DNA from: a virus | Virus record (IMG/VR): IMGVR_UViG_3300027839_000007 | Location: 21,546-85,545 of that record | Reading direction: 5' to 3' (one strand) | Length of the DNA: 64,000 nucleotides | In this document: positions 8,834 to 18,500 of the stretch, piece by piece | How positions within the stretch are numbered: position 1 is the first letter of the stretch | How the letters are laid out: each line of letters begins with the position of its first letter | The notes under the pieces: model-generated | Told to the model about the DNA's origin: nothing | Databases searched by the model: none | The model's input: only the letters and a program-made list of their open reading frames with translations | Made by a program: the position numbers and the translations under genes

Positions 8834-9163
8834 ATGGCACATAACGACAGTAACCTGAGCGCGTCTCAAAATGCTCACGCTGAAGAACGTGAGCGGCAGG
8901 CAGCGGCGGCGGTGGAAGAGGCCAAAAAGCCTCGCCGTATTCTTCAACCTGGCTGTGGCTGGGAATGGACCAATGGCGGGATCGTTGACGAACCCGTTGA
9001 CGAACCCGTTGACGAACCCGTTGACGAACCCGTTGATGAGCCCGTTGACGAACCCGTTGATGAGCCCGTTGACGAACCCGTTGACGAACCCGTTGACGAA
9101 CCCGTTGATGAGCCTATCACCATGGATAAGACGAAGAGCCGTCGCAAGAAGTCTGACAAGTAG
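8834..9163 (+). CDS. Hypothetical protein with (VDEP)11 repeat
   Basis: ATG at 8834 after AAGGA; acidic repeat and basic tail. Confidence 0.65.
   Translation: MAHNDSNLSASQNAHAEERERQAAAAVEEAKKPRRILQPGCGWEWTNGGIVDEPVDEPVDEPVDEPVDEPVDEPVDEPVDEPVDEPVDEPVDEPITMDKTKSRRKKSDK
8984..9115 (+). repeat. 12-bp tandem repeat, 11 copies (GTTGAYGARCCY)
   Basis: Directly visible; variation is confined to synonymous positions. Confidence 0.95.
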
Positions 9164-9181
9164 TAGCACCAGGAGTGCGAT

Positions 9182-10366
9182 ATGAGCGACGACCTCAATG
9201 CTCAGGAACCTGAGCAAGATGAGTTTTCTGAGCCTGAGGCTATTGTAGACGACCTGGGACTGGACCTGGATATTCCTATCCCTCCGGAACCAGTGTCGTC
9301 TGGTGAGCCGAAGGACTCGTTCGAGTACGACGTTGCATTCAACCTCGCTTTTGTGGGTGTTGGCCAAGGCGGCTCTCGCCTGGCTGAATCCTTCTACAAG
9401 CTGGGTTATAAGCGCGTCGCTGCAGTCAATACGGCACTGCAGGATTTGAACTCGATCTCGATTCCCGAGCGTAACAAGCTCGATATCGGTGGCGGCGGGG
9501 CTGGTAAAGATCCGGCTGTCGCTGCTGCTGCTATCGCCGACAAGGATGAGGACGTTTACGACGTGCTCAAGCGCTCCTGGGGTCGTGACGTTGACTATGC
9601 AATTGTCTGTCTTGGCGCAGGTGGTGGTACCGGTGCTGGTGCAACTCCCAAGATCATCGAAGTAGCTCGTCGATTGATGGCGGAAAATGGTCGCCCGGTG
9701 CGTGTCGGTGTCATCGTTGCCCTGCCCAAGAACAGCGAGGGTCAGAAGCCAGCCAAGAATGCGCTCCACACGGTGCGCCAGCTGATCAAGCTTCGGCCCT
9801 CCCCGGCCATCGTTCTGGATAACGAGAGAATCAGGGAACTCTATGATCCCTCGCCAAGCAAAGAATACCCCCTGGCTAATAGCAGCATTGCGAAATATGT
9901 TCATCTCTTTAACAGGTTGGCCGCGCAAGACAGTGACCACACGTCGTTTGATCAGGCTGATCTGGGCCGGTTACTCGACTCCGGTGTCGTTGCATTCGGT
10001 GCCCAGCGCATCACGGCCTGGCAAGATGCAGCGGACATCTCACACGCTATTCGCCAGCAACTCAGGAAAAATATCCTGGCGTCTATCGACCTTACAAAGG
10101 GACAACAGGCGGGATTGATCTTTGTGCTGGGTAATGACGTGTACGACGACATCAGGTCATCCACCCTGGATCACGGCTTCGAGATGATGAACCGGATCCT
10201 TGCCGACGGGTCTACCGTGTACCGCGGTGTCTATAAAGGCAGCAGTGATGGCCTGACCGCGCTCAGTCTCGTGGCCGAGCTGCCCTGGCCCGCCGAGAGA
10301 TTGCACGAGCTTGCGCGACTCGGCGGAGTTGACAAGAAGACCTTGAAGGACTGGTTAGGTGTCTAG
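9182..10366 (+). CDS. Tubulin/FtsZ-family GTPase
   Basis: VGVGQGGSRLAE, AVNT, GAGKDP, GAGGGTGAG tubulin signature, LDN, FDQAD (T7-loop-like). Confidence 0.9.
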   Translation: MSDDLNAQEPEQDEFSEPEAIVDDLGLDLDIPIPPEPVSSGEPKDSFEYDVAFNLAFVGVGQGGSRLAESFYKLGYKRVAAVNTALQDLNSISIPERNKLDIGGGGAGKDPAVAAAAIADKDEDVYDVLKRSWGRDVDYAIVCLGAGGGTGAGATPKIIEVARRLMAENGRPVRVGVIVALPKNSEGQKPAKNALHTVRQLIKLRPSPAIVLDNERIRELYDPSPSKEYPLANSSIAKYVHLFNRLAAQDSDHTSFDQADLGRLLDSGVVAFGAQRITAWQDAADISHAIRQQLRKNILASIDLTKGQQAGLIFVLGNDVYDDIRSSTLDHGFEMMNRILADGSTVYRGVYKGSSDGLTALSLVAELPWPAERLHELARLGGVDKKTLKDWLGV

Positions 10367-10481
10367 CAAGTTGCTGTGCCTCTTGCTTGGTATACTTTTC
10401 GGCATAGCGATTATGTTTGCCTACTTCGCGTACCGGGCCATGTTCATCGACGTGTATCATCCGAAGCCCGTGTGGTTCTAG
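10359..10481 (+). CDS. Small membrane protein (40 aa)
   Basis: Translated by hand: MSSKLLCLLLGILFGIAIMFAYFAYRAMFIDVYHPKPVWF; fills the intergenic gap. Confidence 0.5.
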   Translation: MSSKLLCLLLGILFGIAIMFAYFAYRAMFIDVYHPKPVWF

Positions 10482-10490
10482 TGGTCCAAT

Positions 10491-11294
10491 ATGCGCATCC
10501 TCGTGCAGACAATATGCTGGAATGAAGAACACATGCTGCCGTACTTCCTGCGGCATTATGACTACATAGCCGAGAAGATCATTGTCTATGACAACTACTC
10601 GACTGACTTCTCCCCGGTCATAGCGGACGCTCATCCCAAGACCGAGTTGCGCTTCTTTGACACCGACAACACTGCGCATGAAGCCAGGGAAGTGGCTGTC
10701 AAGGAGCAGGCAATTGAGAACGGACGTGATTACGACTGGGTGATCACGTGCGACATGGACGAGTTCATCTGGCATCCCCGCCTGTTCTCGACGTTGCACA
10801 AGTACAAGGCCGCGGGGATCACGGTACCCACGTCCAGCTACTATCACATGGTGGCGGATGAGTTCCCCCGCACCCCGTTACAGATTTACAACGAGGTGGG
10901 GCAAGGTTTCAGGGGAATTAACAAGCACGTGATGTTCGACCCGGCTGGTGTGGATAAAATCAATTACAGCCCTGGTTGTCATTACTGTGAGCCAACAGGG
11001 CCCAACGTCACGTTCGGTCCCACAGCTGGTGCCTGGGTTGATGACAAGTATTTCGGGGGCAGTCGTGACGGGCTCAAGGTATTTCACATGAGACTGCTTG
11101 GCTTGCAGTGGATGACAGAGCGTTTCCAGCAGCTTGCTGACAGGAAAAGCGAATACGATAAGGAGCGTGATTTCGGCAAGCAGTATTTTCTAACTGAGAA
11201 GAAGCTGGGTAAGATATTCGGTGAGTGCCGTGCGGCATCTCGTAGTGTCTTTGGTCGAGTGGACGGATTCTATCCCAACGAGTATTTTGTGTAG
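10491..11294 (+). CDS. Glycosyltransferase family 2-like (GT-A)
   Basis: WNEEHMLPYFLRHY, VYDNYSTD, WVITCDMDEF (DxD). Confidence 0.85.
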   Translation: MRILVQTICWNEEHMLPYFLRHYDYIAEKIIVYDNYSTDFSPVIADAHPKTELRFFDTDNTAHEAREVAVKEQAIENGRDYDWVITCDMDEFIWHPRLFSTLHKYKAAGITVPTSSYYHMVADEFPRTPLQIYNEVGQGFRGINKHVMFDPAGVDKINYSPGCHYCEPTGPNVTFGPTAGAWVDDKYFGGSRDGLKVFHMRLLGLQWMTERFQQLADRKSEYDKERDFGKQYFLTEKKLGKIFGECRAASRSVFGRVDGFYPNEYFV

Positions 11295-11304
11295 GGAGCC
11301 AGTA

Positions 11305-11664
11305 ATGCCAGAAACAAACGAACAACCCCGTGACTTGTTCACGTTCCTTCGCAGGGAGTATGAGCGGCAGGCAGAAAATAAGCCGACCTCTGCTTATACC
11401 GCGCTGCTGAGGTTCACCGAGTTCTCGTCTGCATACCTGTCTAAGAACCAGCCTATTGCCACCTACTACGATGAGGGCGGCCTGGGACTGCAGCTGCAGG
11501 AGGGGCAACGTTTTGCCTTGTCATCGTCTATAAAGACAAGCATGCCTGATTCCACCTCGATTCCAATTACCACGCCAGGACGCACGTGGATGCCGCAGGC
11601 TGATGAAATGCCTGTCGCGGAAGACACTTCCGTACCCATCACCGGTACGCCAGCTGACGAGTAG
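11305..11664 (+). CDS. Hypothetical protein
   Basis: ATG at 11305 after GGGAG. Confidence 0.65.
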   Translation: MPETNEQPRDLFTFLRREYERQAENKPTSAYTALLRFTEFSSAYLSKNQPIATYYDEGGLGLQLQEGQRFALSSSIKTSMPDSTSIPITTPGRTWMPQADEMPVAEDTSVPITGTPADE

Positions 11665-11671
11665 TCCGATT

Positions 11672-11689
11672 TCTATTGGCGCCAATAGA
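11672..11689. promoter_or_regulatory. Perfect palindrome TCTATTGGCGCCAATAGA (copy 1 of 4)
   Basis: Intergenic 18-bp inverted repeat. Confidence 0.6.
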
Positions 11690-11700
11690 GGAACGTAGTC

Positions 11701-12087
11701 GTGGACGAAGCCAAGGAACGTGAGAAGTTGTCCAAGCGTTTTGCAGATGTCCTTGAACAGGTCCATAACCAGACATCGTTCAATTTCTACACAGCGCTGA
11801 TGGAGATTGCTGAGTTACATGCAAGGAAGCAGAAGGACTACGGGACGGAGCATGATCCTTTTGCCAACGTACGTGCGAGCGAAGATTTCAGTATTCCTGC
11901 GTGGGTAGGCGCAATGCTGCGCGGGAATGACAAGGTGTCACGAATCAAGACGTACATTAGTAAAGGAACGCTGGCCAACGAGGGTGTTGAAGACGCTTTT
12001 CAGGACCTGGCCACGTACTCGTTGATTGCCCTCGTCCTGTTTAGGGAGGCCATGGATGGCAAAGATCAACCTGAGGAACAGCAATAA
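11701..12087 (+). CDS. Nucleotide-modification-associated domain 1 (DUF1599-like) protein
   Basis: RKQKDYG..DPFAN..R.NDKVSRI..EGVEDAFQDLATYS. Confidence 0.7.
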   Translation: MDEAKEREKLSKRFADVLEQVHNQTSFNFYTALMEIAELHARKQKDYGTEHDPFANVRASEDFSIPAWVGAMLRGNDKVSRIKTYISKGTLANEGVEDAFQDLATYSLIALVLFREAMDGKDQPEEQQ

Positions 12088-12325
12088 ACCCGTTCACGTG
12101 GACGCACAGGATACGCACCTCGTTGAGAAGCGTTGGGAGCTTCACAGCAACGGGTACGTTATCTGTCGTGAAACGGTGAAGGTGGGTACCACGTCCTGCA
12201 GGCGTTGCTTGTATCTCCACCGGGCTATCATGTCGCCTGGCCGTAGTCAGCGGATACGTTTCCGTGATGGCGATCCATTGAACTGTCGTCGGAAGAACCT
12301 GCGCGTGGTGGGACCTGTTGGTTAA
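12056..12325 (+). CDS. HNH endonuclease-like protein, possibly degenerate
   Basis: VD..D..W..NGYV..LHRAIM..DGDPLNCRRKNLR; the usual DH is replaced by RF. Confidence 0.6.
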   Translation: MAKINLRNSNKPVHVDAQDTHLVEKRWELHSNGYVICRETVKVGTTSCRRCLYLHRAIMSPGRSQRIRFRDGDPLNCRRKNLRVVGPVG

Positions 12326-12390
12326 CTCTTCTAGTGCTGTATCTCGACCTCTAGTAAGATGGGTTTTGTCGTGCTTCTGGTGCCCTAGCT

Positions 12391-14241
12391 ATGCCATTCA
12401 AATCCAAAGCTCAGCGTAGGTACATGTACGCTAAACATCCGCGTATAGCTGAGCTTTGGTCCAAGAAGGACAAGACGTTGAAGAACCTGCCTGAGAAGAA
12501 GAAAAAGAGTAAGAAAAAGGCCAGCGGGCCATTCAAGAAGAAGGACACGTTGCACCGGCAGGCGGTAATCGTGGACAAAGGTGTGGCAGCAGGTAAACCG
12601 GTAACACGTGTAGATGAAGACGACGAGACACCGGCTTACTACAGCGACGAGCGCGGCACGTCCGAAGACGCGCAGATCTGGAGCCGTGAAGAGGCAGAGG
12701 CAGCGCGAAAAGAACGTAAGAAAAAGAGTAAGAAAGAAGCTGTCTGGACGGTCAAGAACTCTCAACTTCATGGGCTTGGTTTGTTCAGTAACCAGGCTGT
12801 TGCGCCGGGACAAACAATCGTCAAGGCTGCCAAGCGCATGGGTGGCCAGGACGGGCTGGATCGCTACGAGATCACGTTTGCGACGCGCTACGCCAACCAT
12901 TCCGGTACTCCTAACGCACGCCTCAAGAAGGTAGCGAGCGGTAGGGTGGAGATCATTGCAGAACAACCTATCAAGGCAGGAGCTGAAGTACTGGTTGATT
13001 ATCACCGTACACAGTCAGCGCTTGGTCCAGGGTCGTATATGACGTATCGAGGTAAGGTGCGCGCCACCAGGGATCAGCTGGAGAAGCAGGCCGCAGGGTA
13101 TTTGAAGTTTGCTCAACCAGCTCCGCAGCCACAACCGCAACAACCGCAACAACCGCAACAGCCGGGACAGGAGCAGCAACAGCCGGGACAGGAGCAGCCG
13201 CAGCCAGGTTTCGTGCCAGGCTCTATTGCAGCGCAGGCAGCTGTGACGCCCGAGCAGCAGGCACACGTATCACCGGAAGCCGTGACTGCCGCACAACAGC
13301 AGGGTCAGCAGCCAGCTCAGCCAGAACAACCGGGGGCACCTGTTCAGCCACAACAGCCTCCCCAGGCTATTCAGCAGGCTAAGCAGGGCGCATCGCTCTT
13401 CCTCGCCAGGATTAAACGCGCTACCGGCCCTGAATTAGCCCCCTCTCCGCCCATAAATGAAGCGAAGAATCAGATGAACGTGGTTGCTCCGCAGCCAGAT
13501 CCCATCATGGCTCAGAAGAGTATGAAGCCACCCGTGCCGCAGCTCGGCGGACAGATGCCTATTGCCACTCCGTCCAGCACATCACTCGGGGTTAATTCCA
13601 TGTCGGGTGGCGCGCCGCCCATGCCCAAGCTGGCAGCTGAGCACAACCAATGGCTGGCTAAGAATGCAGTGAATACAAGCACTGCGTTACTTGCTGGCGG
13701 CGCATTGCTGGGTACAGCTGCGGGTATCCCCTACGGCATCGCCAAGTGGAAAGAGTCACGCAAGGAGGACGCCAAGATGGAAAAAGCTGTTGAGCGAAAC
13801 CTGCGTGAGCGCCGTGCCCGTCGTGTTGCCGGGGAGCGTTGGGAAGACGAGAAGAAGAAGGAAGAAGAGGAAGAGAAAGAGAAACAGGCTAGCACCCTGG
13901 AGTTTGCGGACGAGGAGGAACTGGCAGCATCGTGGGTGCGACTGCACCTGGCCAAGGCCGCACACGGTCCGACCGATAGCCACTCCACCACTTACGACCG
14001 GGTGAAAACTTCGTGGGATGACCACGAGAAGACTGCAGCACGCAAGACTCCTGCTCCCTGGTGGGTGCCAGCCCCGGGTAAGAAAAAGAAGAAGAAGAAG
14101 GATCCCACCACCAAGCAGCGTCGTAAGGGTGCACCGCGCACGACAACACGCACGAAGATCAAGCGTGACGGCAAGAAGGGCGAGTCAACGATCACAACTC
14201 GCTCGCGTCCTGGTAAAAAGGTTGAGAAGTCATACAAATAG
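12391..14241 (+). CDS. SET-domain-containing putative virion protein
   Basis: SET motifs HGLGLF, RYANHS..PN, IKAGAEVLVDY (about 12745-13002); PQ-rich linker, hydrophobic helix, multiple K-x-A motifs. Confidence 0.75.
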   Translation: MPFKSKAQRRYMYAKHPRIAELWSKKDKTLKNLPEKKKKSKKKASGPFKKKDTLHRQAVIVDKGVAAGKPVTRVDEDDETPAYYSDERGTSEDAQIWSREEAEAARKERKKKSKKEAVWTVKNSQLHGLGLFSNQAVAPGQTIVKAAKRMGGQDGLDRYEITFATRYANHSGTPNARLKKVASGRVEIIAEQPIKAGAEVLVDYHRTQSALGPGSYMTYRGKVRATRDQLEKQAAGYLKFAQPAPQPQPQQPQQPQQPGQEQQQPGQEQPQPGFVPGSIAAQAAVTPEQQAHVSPEAVTAAQQQGQQPAQPEQPGAPVQPQQPPQAIQQAKQGASLFLARIKRATGPELAPSPPINEAKNQMNVVAPQPDPIMAQKSMKPPVPQLGGQMPIATPSSTSLGVNSMSGGAPPMPKLAAEHNQWLAKNAVNTSTALLAGGALLGTAAGIPYGIAKWKESRKEDAKMEKAVERNLRERRARRVAGERWEDEKKKEEEEEKEKQASTLEFADEEELAASWVRLHLAKAAHGPTDSHSTTYDRVKTSWDDHEKTAARKTPAPWWVPAPGKKKKKKKDPTTKQRRKGAPRTTTRTKIKRDGKKGESTITTRSRPGKKVEKSYK

Positions 14242-14253
14242 TGAGTTATCGAC

Positions 14254-15525
14254 ATGAAGTGGGATAGAACCAAGCGCGGTAATGCGAATCTCGTGCAGCA
14301 ACACACGGCTGCCGGGCTAGCTCCTGATGCAGCTGTAGCGAAAGCCTATCCTGGCTGGCCAGATGCCAAGAAGCAGCAATTGGTTGCACAGATGGGTGGT
14401 GATGCTAAGGAGCGTGAGGAACTGGAGCAGTGGCAGATGACTGTCGAGGAAGATGATCCTGGCATTAATGAGAAGGGACGTCGATTGAAGGTGCTGCAAG
14501 ATGCTGACTTGAAGAGAAAAGATCATGTGAAACTGGCGATGCGGACAACTGATCGAGATAAGAATGCAGCACGTCGTGTTATAGAAAAAGCCGCGGACAT
14601 AGAGGGGAATCTTTCTTCGTACCTCGATGATGTCGGTGGTGACTTCATCCCTGATGAATATGTAGCCAGTAGTATGCTCAGGCCGCCAACAGCAACGAAT
14701 ACGGCCATCGGTGCCGGTGTCGGCGGCGTCATTGGCGCGCTTATCAACTACCTGCGTAAGAAAAGCCCCGTTCGTGGTGCCTTCACCGGTGGGCTAACTG
14801 GTGCGGGCCTTGCTGCGGGTTCTGATATGGCTGGAAATGTGGGAGGGGGTCTTGGGTATTTGGCATCCGGCAACCTCGGCCTCCGGCAGGGGCCTTCCTC
14901 CACTATCGGTCGTCAGCTCTCGTCACCGGTGGGTGCGGGACTCGGTGGCCTGGGCGGGTACAGTCTTGCGCAGTATCTTCTGGACAGGGATGAAAAAGAC
15001 GAGGAAAAGGAAGCGGCCTGCCGAGTCATCTCGAAGGTCACCAGCCTGGTCAAGGACCCGAAGAAGCACAAGTGGCTGGGCGACAGCAGGGAAGGGTTCG
15101 GTCACTGGGCTGGTCCTCCCAGTGTTGCCAAGGGTGACATCGAGCCCAAGAACGTGAAGGCGGCGCATAAGCCATGCTCGGCCAAGCATGACTGTGATAA
15201 GGCGCATCCCGGAATGACACACAAAGAGTGGAAGGCATTGAAGGGACAGCGACACGAGATCCAGAAGAACGCAGGTGTTTCTCGTGAGGCACTTGGAGCT
15301 ATTCTGGGAGCTTTGCTTGGTGGTGCTGGTGGTTATCACTTGGCTAACCAGATGGCTGAGCCAGGTTCTGCCATTGGTGGCGAGGTACACCCGTGGCGTC
15401 CGGGTTATCCCAGCAACTGGAAAGAGGGACTGATAGGCGCTGCAATTACCGGCATTCCTTCCGCTGCGCTGGGAGGATACATTGGAAGCGCACTCACCCC
15501 CAAGGATGAGGATGAGGAAGAATAA
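14254..15525 (+). CDS. Putative virion protein with glycine-zipper helices
   Basis: GAGVGGVIGAL, GGLTGAGLAAG, ALGAILGALLGGAGG; EKAA, EKEAA, QKNA motifs. Confidence 0.6.
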   Translation: MKWDRTKRGNANLVQQHTAAGLAPDAAVAKAYPGWPDAKKQQLVAQMGGDAKEREELEQWQMTVEEDDPGINEKGRRLKVLQDADLKRKDHVKLAMRTTDRDKNAARRVIEKAADIEGNLSSYLDDVGGDFIPDEYVASSMLRPPTATNTAIGAGVGGVIGALINYLRKKSPVRGAFTGGLTGAGLAAGSDMAGNVGGGLGYLASGNLGLRQGPSSTIGRQLSSPVGAGLGGLGGYSLAQYLLDRDEKDEEKEAACRVISKVTSLVKDPKKHKWLGDSREGFGHWAGPPSVAKGDIEPKNVKAAHKPCSAKHDCDKAHPGMTHKEWKALKGQRHEIQKNAGVSREALGAILGALLGGAGGYHLANQMAEPGSAIGGEVHPWRPGYPSNWKEGLIGAAITGIPSAALGGYIGSALTPKDEDEEE

Positions 15526-18500
15526 TGGCTGACAAACCGGTATTTCCTTCTCTCCTTAACATTGGGGAAGAGAAGAAGAAGAAAGAGGAGCGCGAGCGTC
15601 GTAAAGACCCCAATTTTCCCTGGATGCCGCTCGGGGTTGCTGGTGGCCTAGGGCTGGGCGGACTCGGCGCATATCAGGCTGGGCGCGGCATGGGTGCTGT
15701 CGGAGAGGCTACGTTCGCAGACTTTTATGATTTTATGCACAAGGCACGCGGAGGGGCTCCGTCATTTAAGCCCTGGGACTGGGTAAAAGGTAAGCCCTGG
15801 GAAGCCAACCCAGACGCCGTCGCCAGTTTCGAGGCCGACGAGGCTAAGGGCCGGTACTTTGATGCCATACAGCCCAGCGAAGCTCTTCTCAAAGCTCGCG
15901 TGTCCAGCCTTGACACGAGTGTTTTGCAGCAAGGGAACGATGTTATCTCGTTCACCTTAAACGCCGAGGATATGCTTGGCTCCCAGATGGGATATTTCGG
16001 ACTGGGTGCCACCCTGATGGGTGAGCCTCTCTACGAAGGAGGGGCTACCGGCCTTGACGCTATGATGGGGGCGCGTAGTCCCAGGCAGAACTGGTGGTTT
16101 AAGAAGCTTTTTCCTATTGATGATATTTATGCTGGGCATGGCACCACCAAGTCGCAGTTCGGAGTTGATCCCACGCGGGGCTGGCCAGGTAAACGAGAAG
16201 AGACGACAACCAAGCACAAGCTTCCCGGCCTCGCCAGAGGTGAGAAGATTGAATCATCCCCAGGCCACAAGAGTGATAGTCAGACTGACAAAAGCCGACT
16301 TAGTGGGTATGTGCTGCCAGAGGCGTTGTACAGGGGTACCCCTGAGACAAATCCCAGGCACTGGAAACATCATGCGCGTAAGCTTCGTGGATTAGATTTC
16401 CCCAATACGGGGGGTGCTTGGTTACAACAACCCCGTCAGCAGGATCTGGCTGAGAAACACCAGCACCGCGAGGTTGCGCGTTGGCCACACACCGACCCGA
16501 ATACTGGACAAGATGTAGGCGGGTACTGGGGTGGTGTCGAGGGGCATTACGGAGGGTTTTCTAGAAGCCCTGCGCATGCAATGGAGCAGCTCTATCTCGA
16601 AACGTATAGCGCCGTAGACGGAAGCATTAATAAGCTTGGCCAGGCTAGGCAATACGCACTCCAGCAAGTTGCCCAAGGACTTAATCCGGCTAGTTTTAAA
16701 GAGGCCTACATAGATAAGTTTGTAGAGCTGTGGAGCCCGGTTGATACAGAGGGGCAGCACCCGTGGTCACAGGACTTCATGCCACAGCAAGGTGAAACTT
16801 CACTGGCCGCCCGAGCTAAGGCCCAGGCTGCGCTGGCCGCGGCACAAGCCAACCAGAAAAAGTACCTGGAGCTTCATCCGGGCCTGCAGCCTGGCGACGC
16901 GGGGCCGGTCGATGTTACGCAGACGCAGGCGCAGACGCAGGCGCTGGCTAAGGCGGTAACTGAGGCCGAGACCGCGTCGACGGCCGCCGCTCGTCCGTGG
17001 ACAACGTCAACCGGTTTGCTCGGAGCGGCTACGGCTACTGCAACAAAGCAGCCATTTGTACGCAGAAAGATACGTAATACTGCGTCAAAGATCATTGATG
17101 TCGTAGAGAGAAGGCTTGCGGAGCGTGGGGGACAGCCCGAGCGCGGCCTTGATCCTACCTGGGAGGCCAAGTACCCCGTTAACTTAGCTGCGCTACAAAA
17201 GCAGCGTGCCGCTGATCCGCTGTCTGCCACGTACAACAAGAAATTTGTTGATCAGACGCCCGCTATCAGGCATGTACTTGGCCTCAAAGATCATAAAGCC
17301 ACTGCCGAGGCCATGCATGACGTACAGCGACATGCTATGAAGATTCAAGAAGAGCTGGCCGAGCAGGGACTGAATCCGCTGGAAGTCACCAAGAAGATTT
17401 ATGAGTCTTTGCAGGATCCGCAAAACGAACAACTGGGGACGATTGCTCAGCTGGCTTCTACTGGTGGCGGTCCTCTTGTTTTTCCATTATCTGCAGTCGC
17501 TTACAGGGCGATTGGAGAAGCCATGGCTGTGCCCGGGCACGTTGCGCGGGGAGCTAAAGCATTGTCACCGTATTTCAAGTATATTGGTGCAGGGATGCTT
17601 GGACTGGGATCCATCTACGGGATTCATGCGATACATAAGTACTTCAAAGAAAAGCGGCGGTTCGAAGAACAAGAAGAAGAATTAGAAAAGGAGAGCGCTG
17701 TGAGTGCCTTTCTAAAGTTTGCGAGTGATCTCATTACCAAGAGTGCGGCTGTTGGTGATGATGATGATAAGGATGACTCCAAGTCTGATAAGAAGTCAGA
17801 CAAGCCTAAGGCTAAGCCCAAGGCCAAAGCCAAGGCTAAGCCCAAGGTATCCAATGAACCGGGATCCGCTAGCGCTGAGGGTAAGTCTGACGAACCCAGC
17901 TATGCGAAGGAGCCACGACCCAATCTGACATGGGGCGAGGAGTGGGACGAGAGCAAGATTGATCCAGACTACCGTCCGTACTTGGATGAAAGACAGGACG
18001 CTAGTACCAGAAGCTCTGCACGTATTTCCAATGAACGACGAAAACGTTTCAACAATCCCAGCAGCGGTGGGTTCACGTATAATGCCCAAGGTAGCCGACG
18101 TAAGATGCGACCGGGCGAGAGTTACCCGAATGAAGATCAGTTTCTCTTCCAGGCTCTTGCTAAAAACCCTAATTATTTGACGAACCCAGAGGCGATCAAA
18201 CACTACAAACAGAAGTATCCTGGTTTGATTAGGAACGCTGCACAGGCTCGTCGGGAGAACCGTCGAGGCGGCGGCCAAAGCATTGCCCAGAGTTGGCGCG
18301 CATACAGTCAAAAACGGAGTCGCGTTCCGCAGAAGGAGGTTGATCCACAAGCTAAGGGGCCTAGGGCAGGTGGGGCGAAGTCTAAAGCCCAGGGGCAGCA
18401 GCCGTCAGCACCTGCTCAACCATCGACTGGCGATGCAGCCATTGAAGAACTCAAGAGGATTCGCGGGGTATCCCCGAGCGATAGTGGTGCTGCGAGCAGG

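Noticed and set aside
8984-9115. 12-bp repeat as CRISPR or iterons
   Set aside because: No spacers; variation is only at synonymous positions of an in-frame VDEP repeat.
8708-9940. Long minus-strand ORFs (8708..9940, 2933..3850, 49310..50293, 59997..60926, 62526..63413 and others)
   Set aside because: They are antisense shadows of well-supported plus-strand genes in GC-rich or repetitive sequence and carry no motifs of their own.
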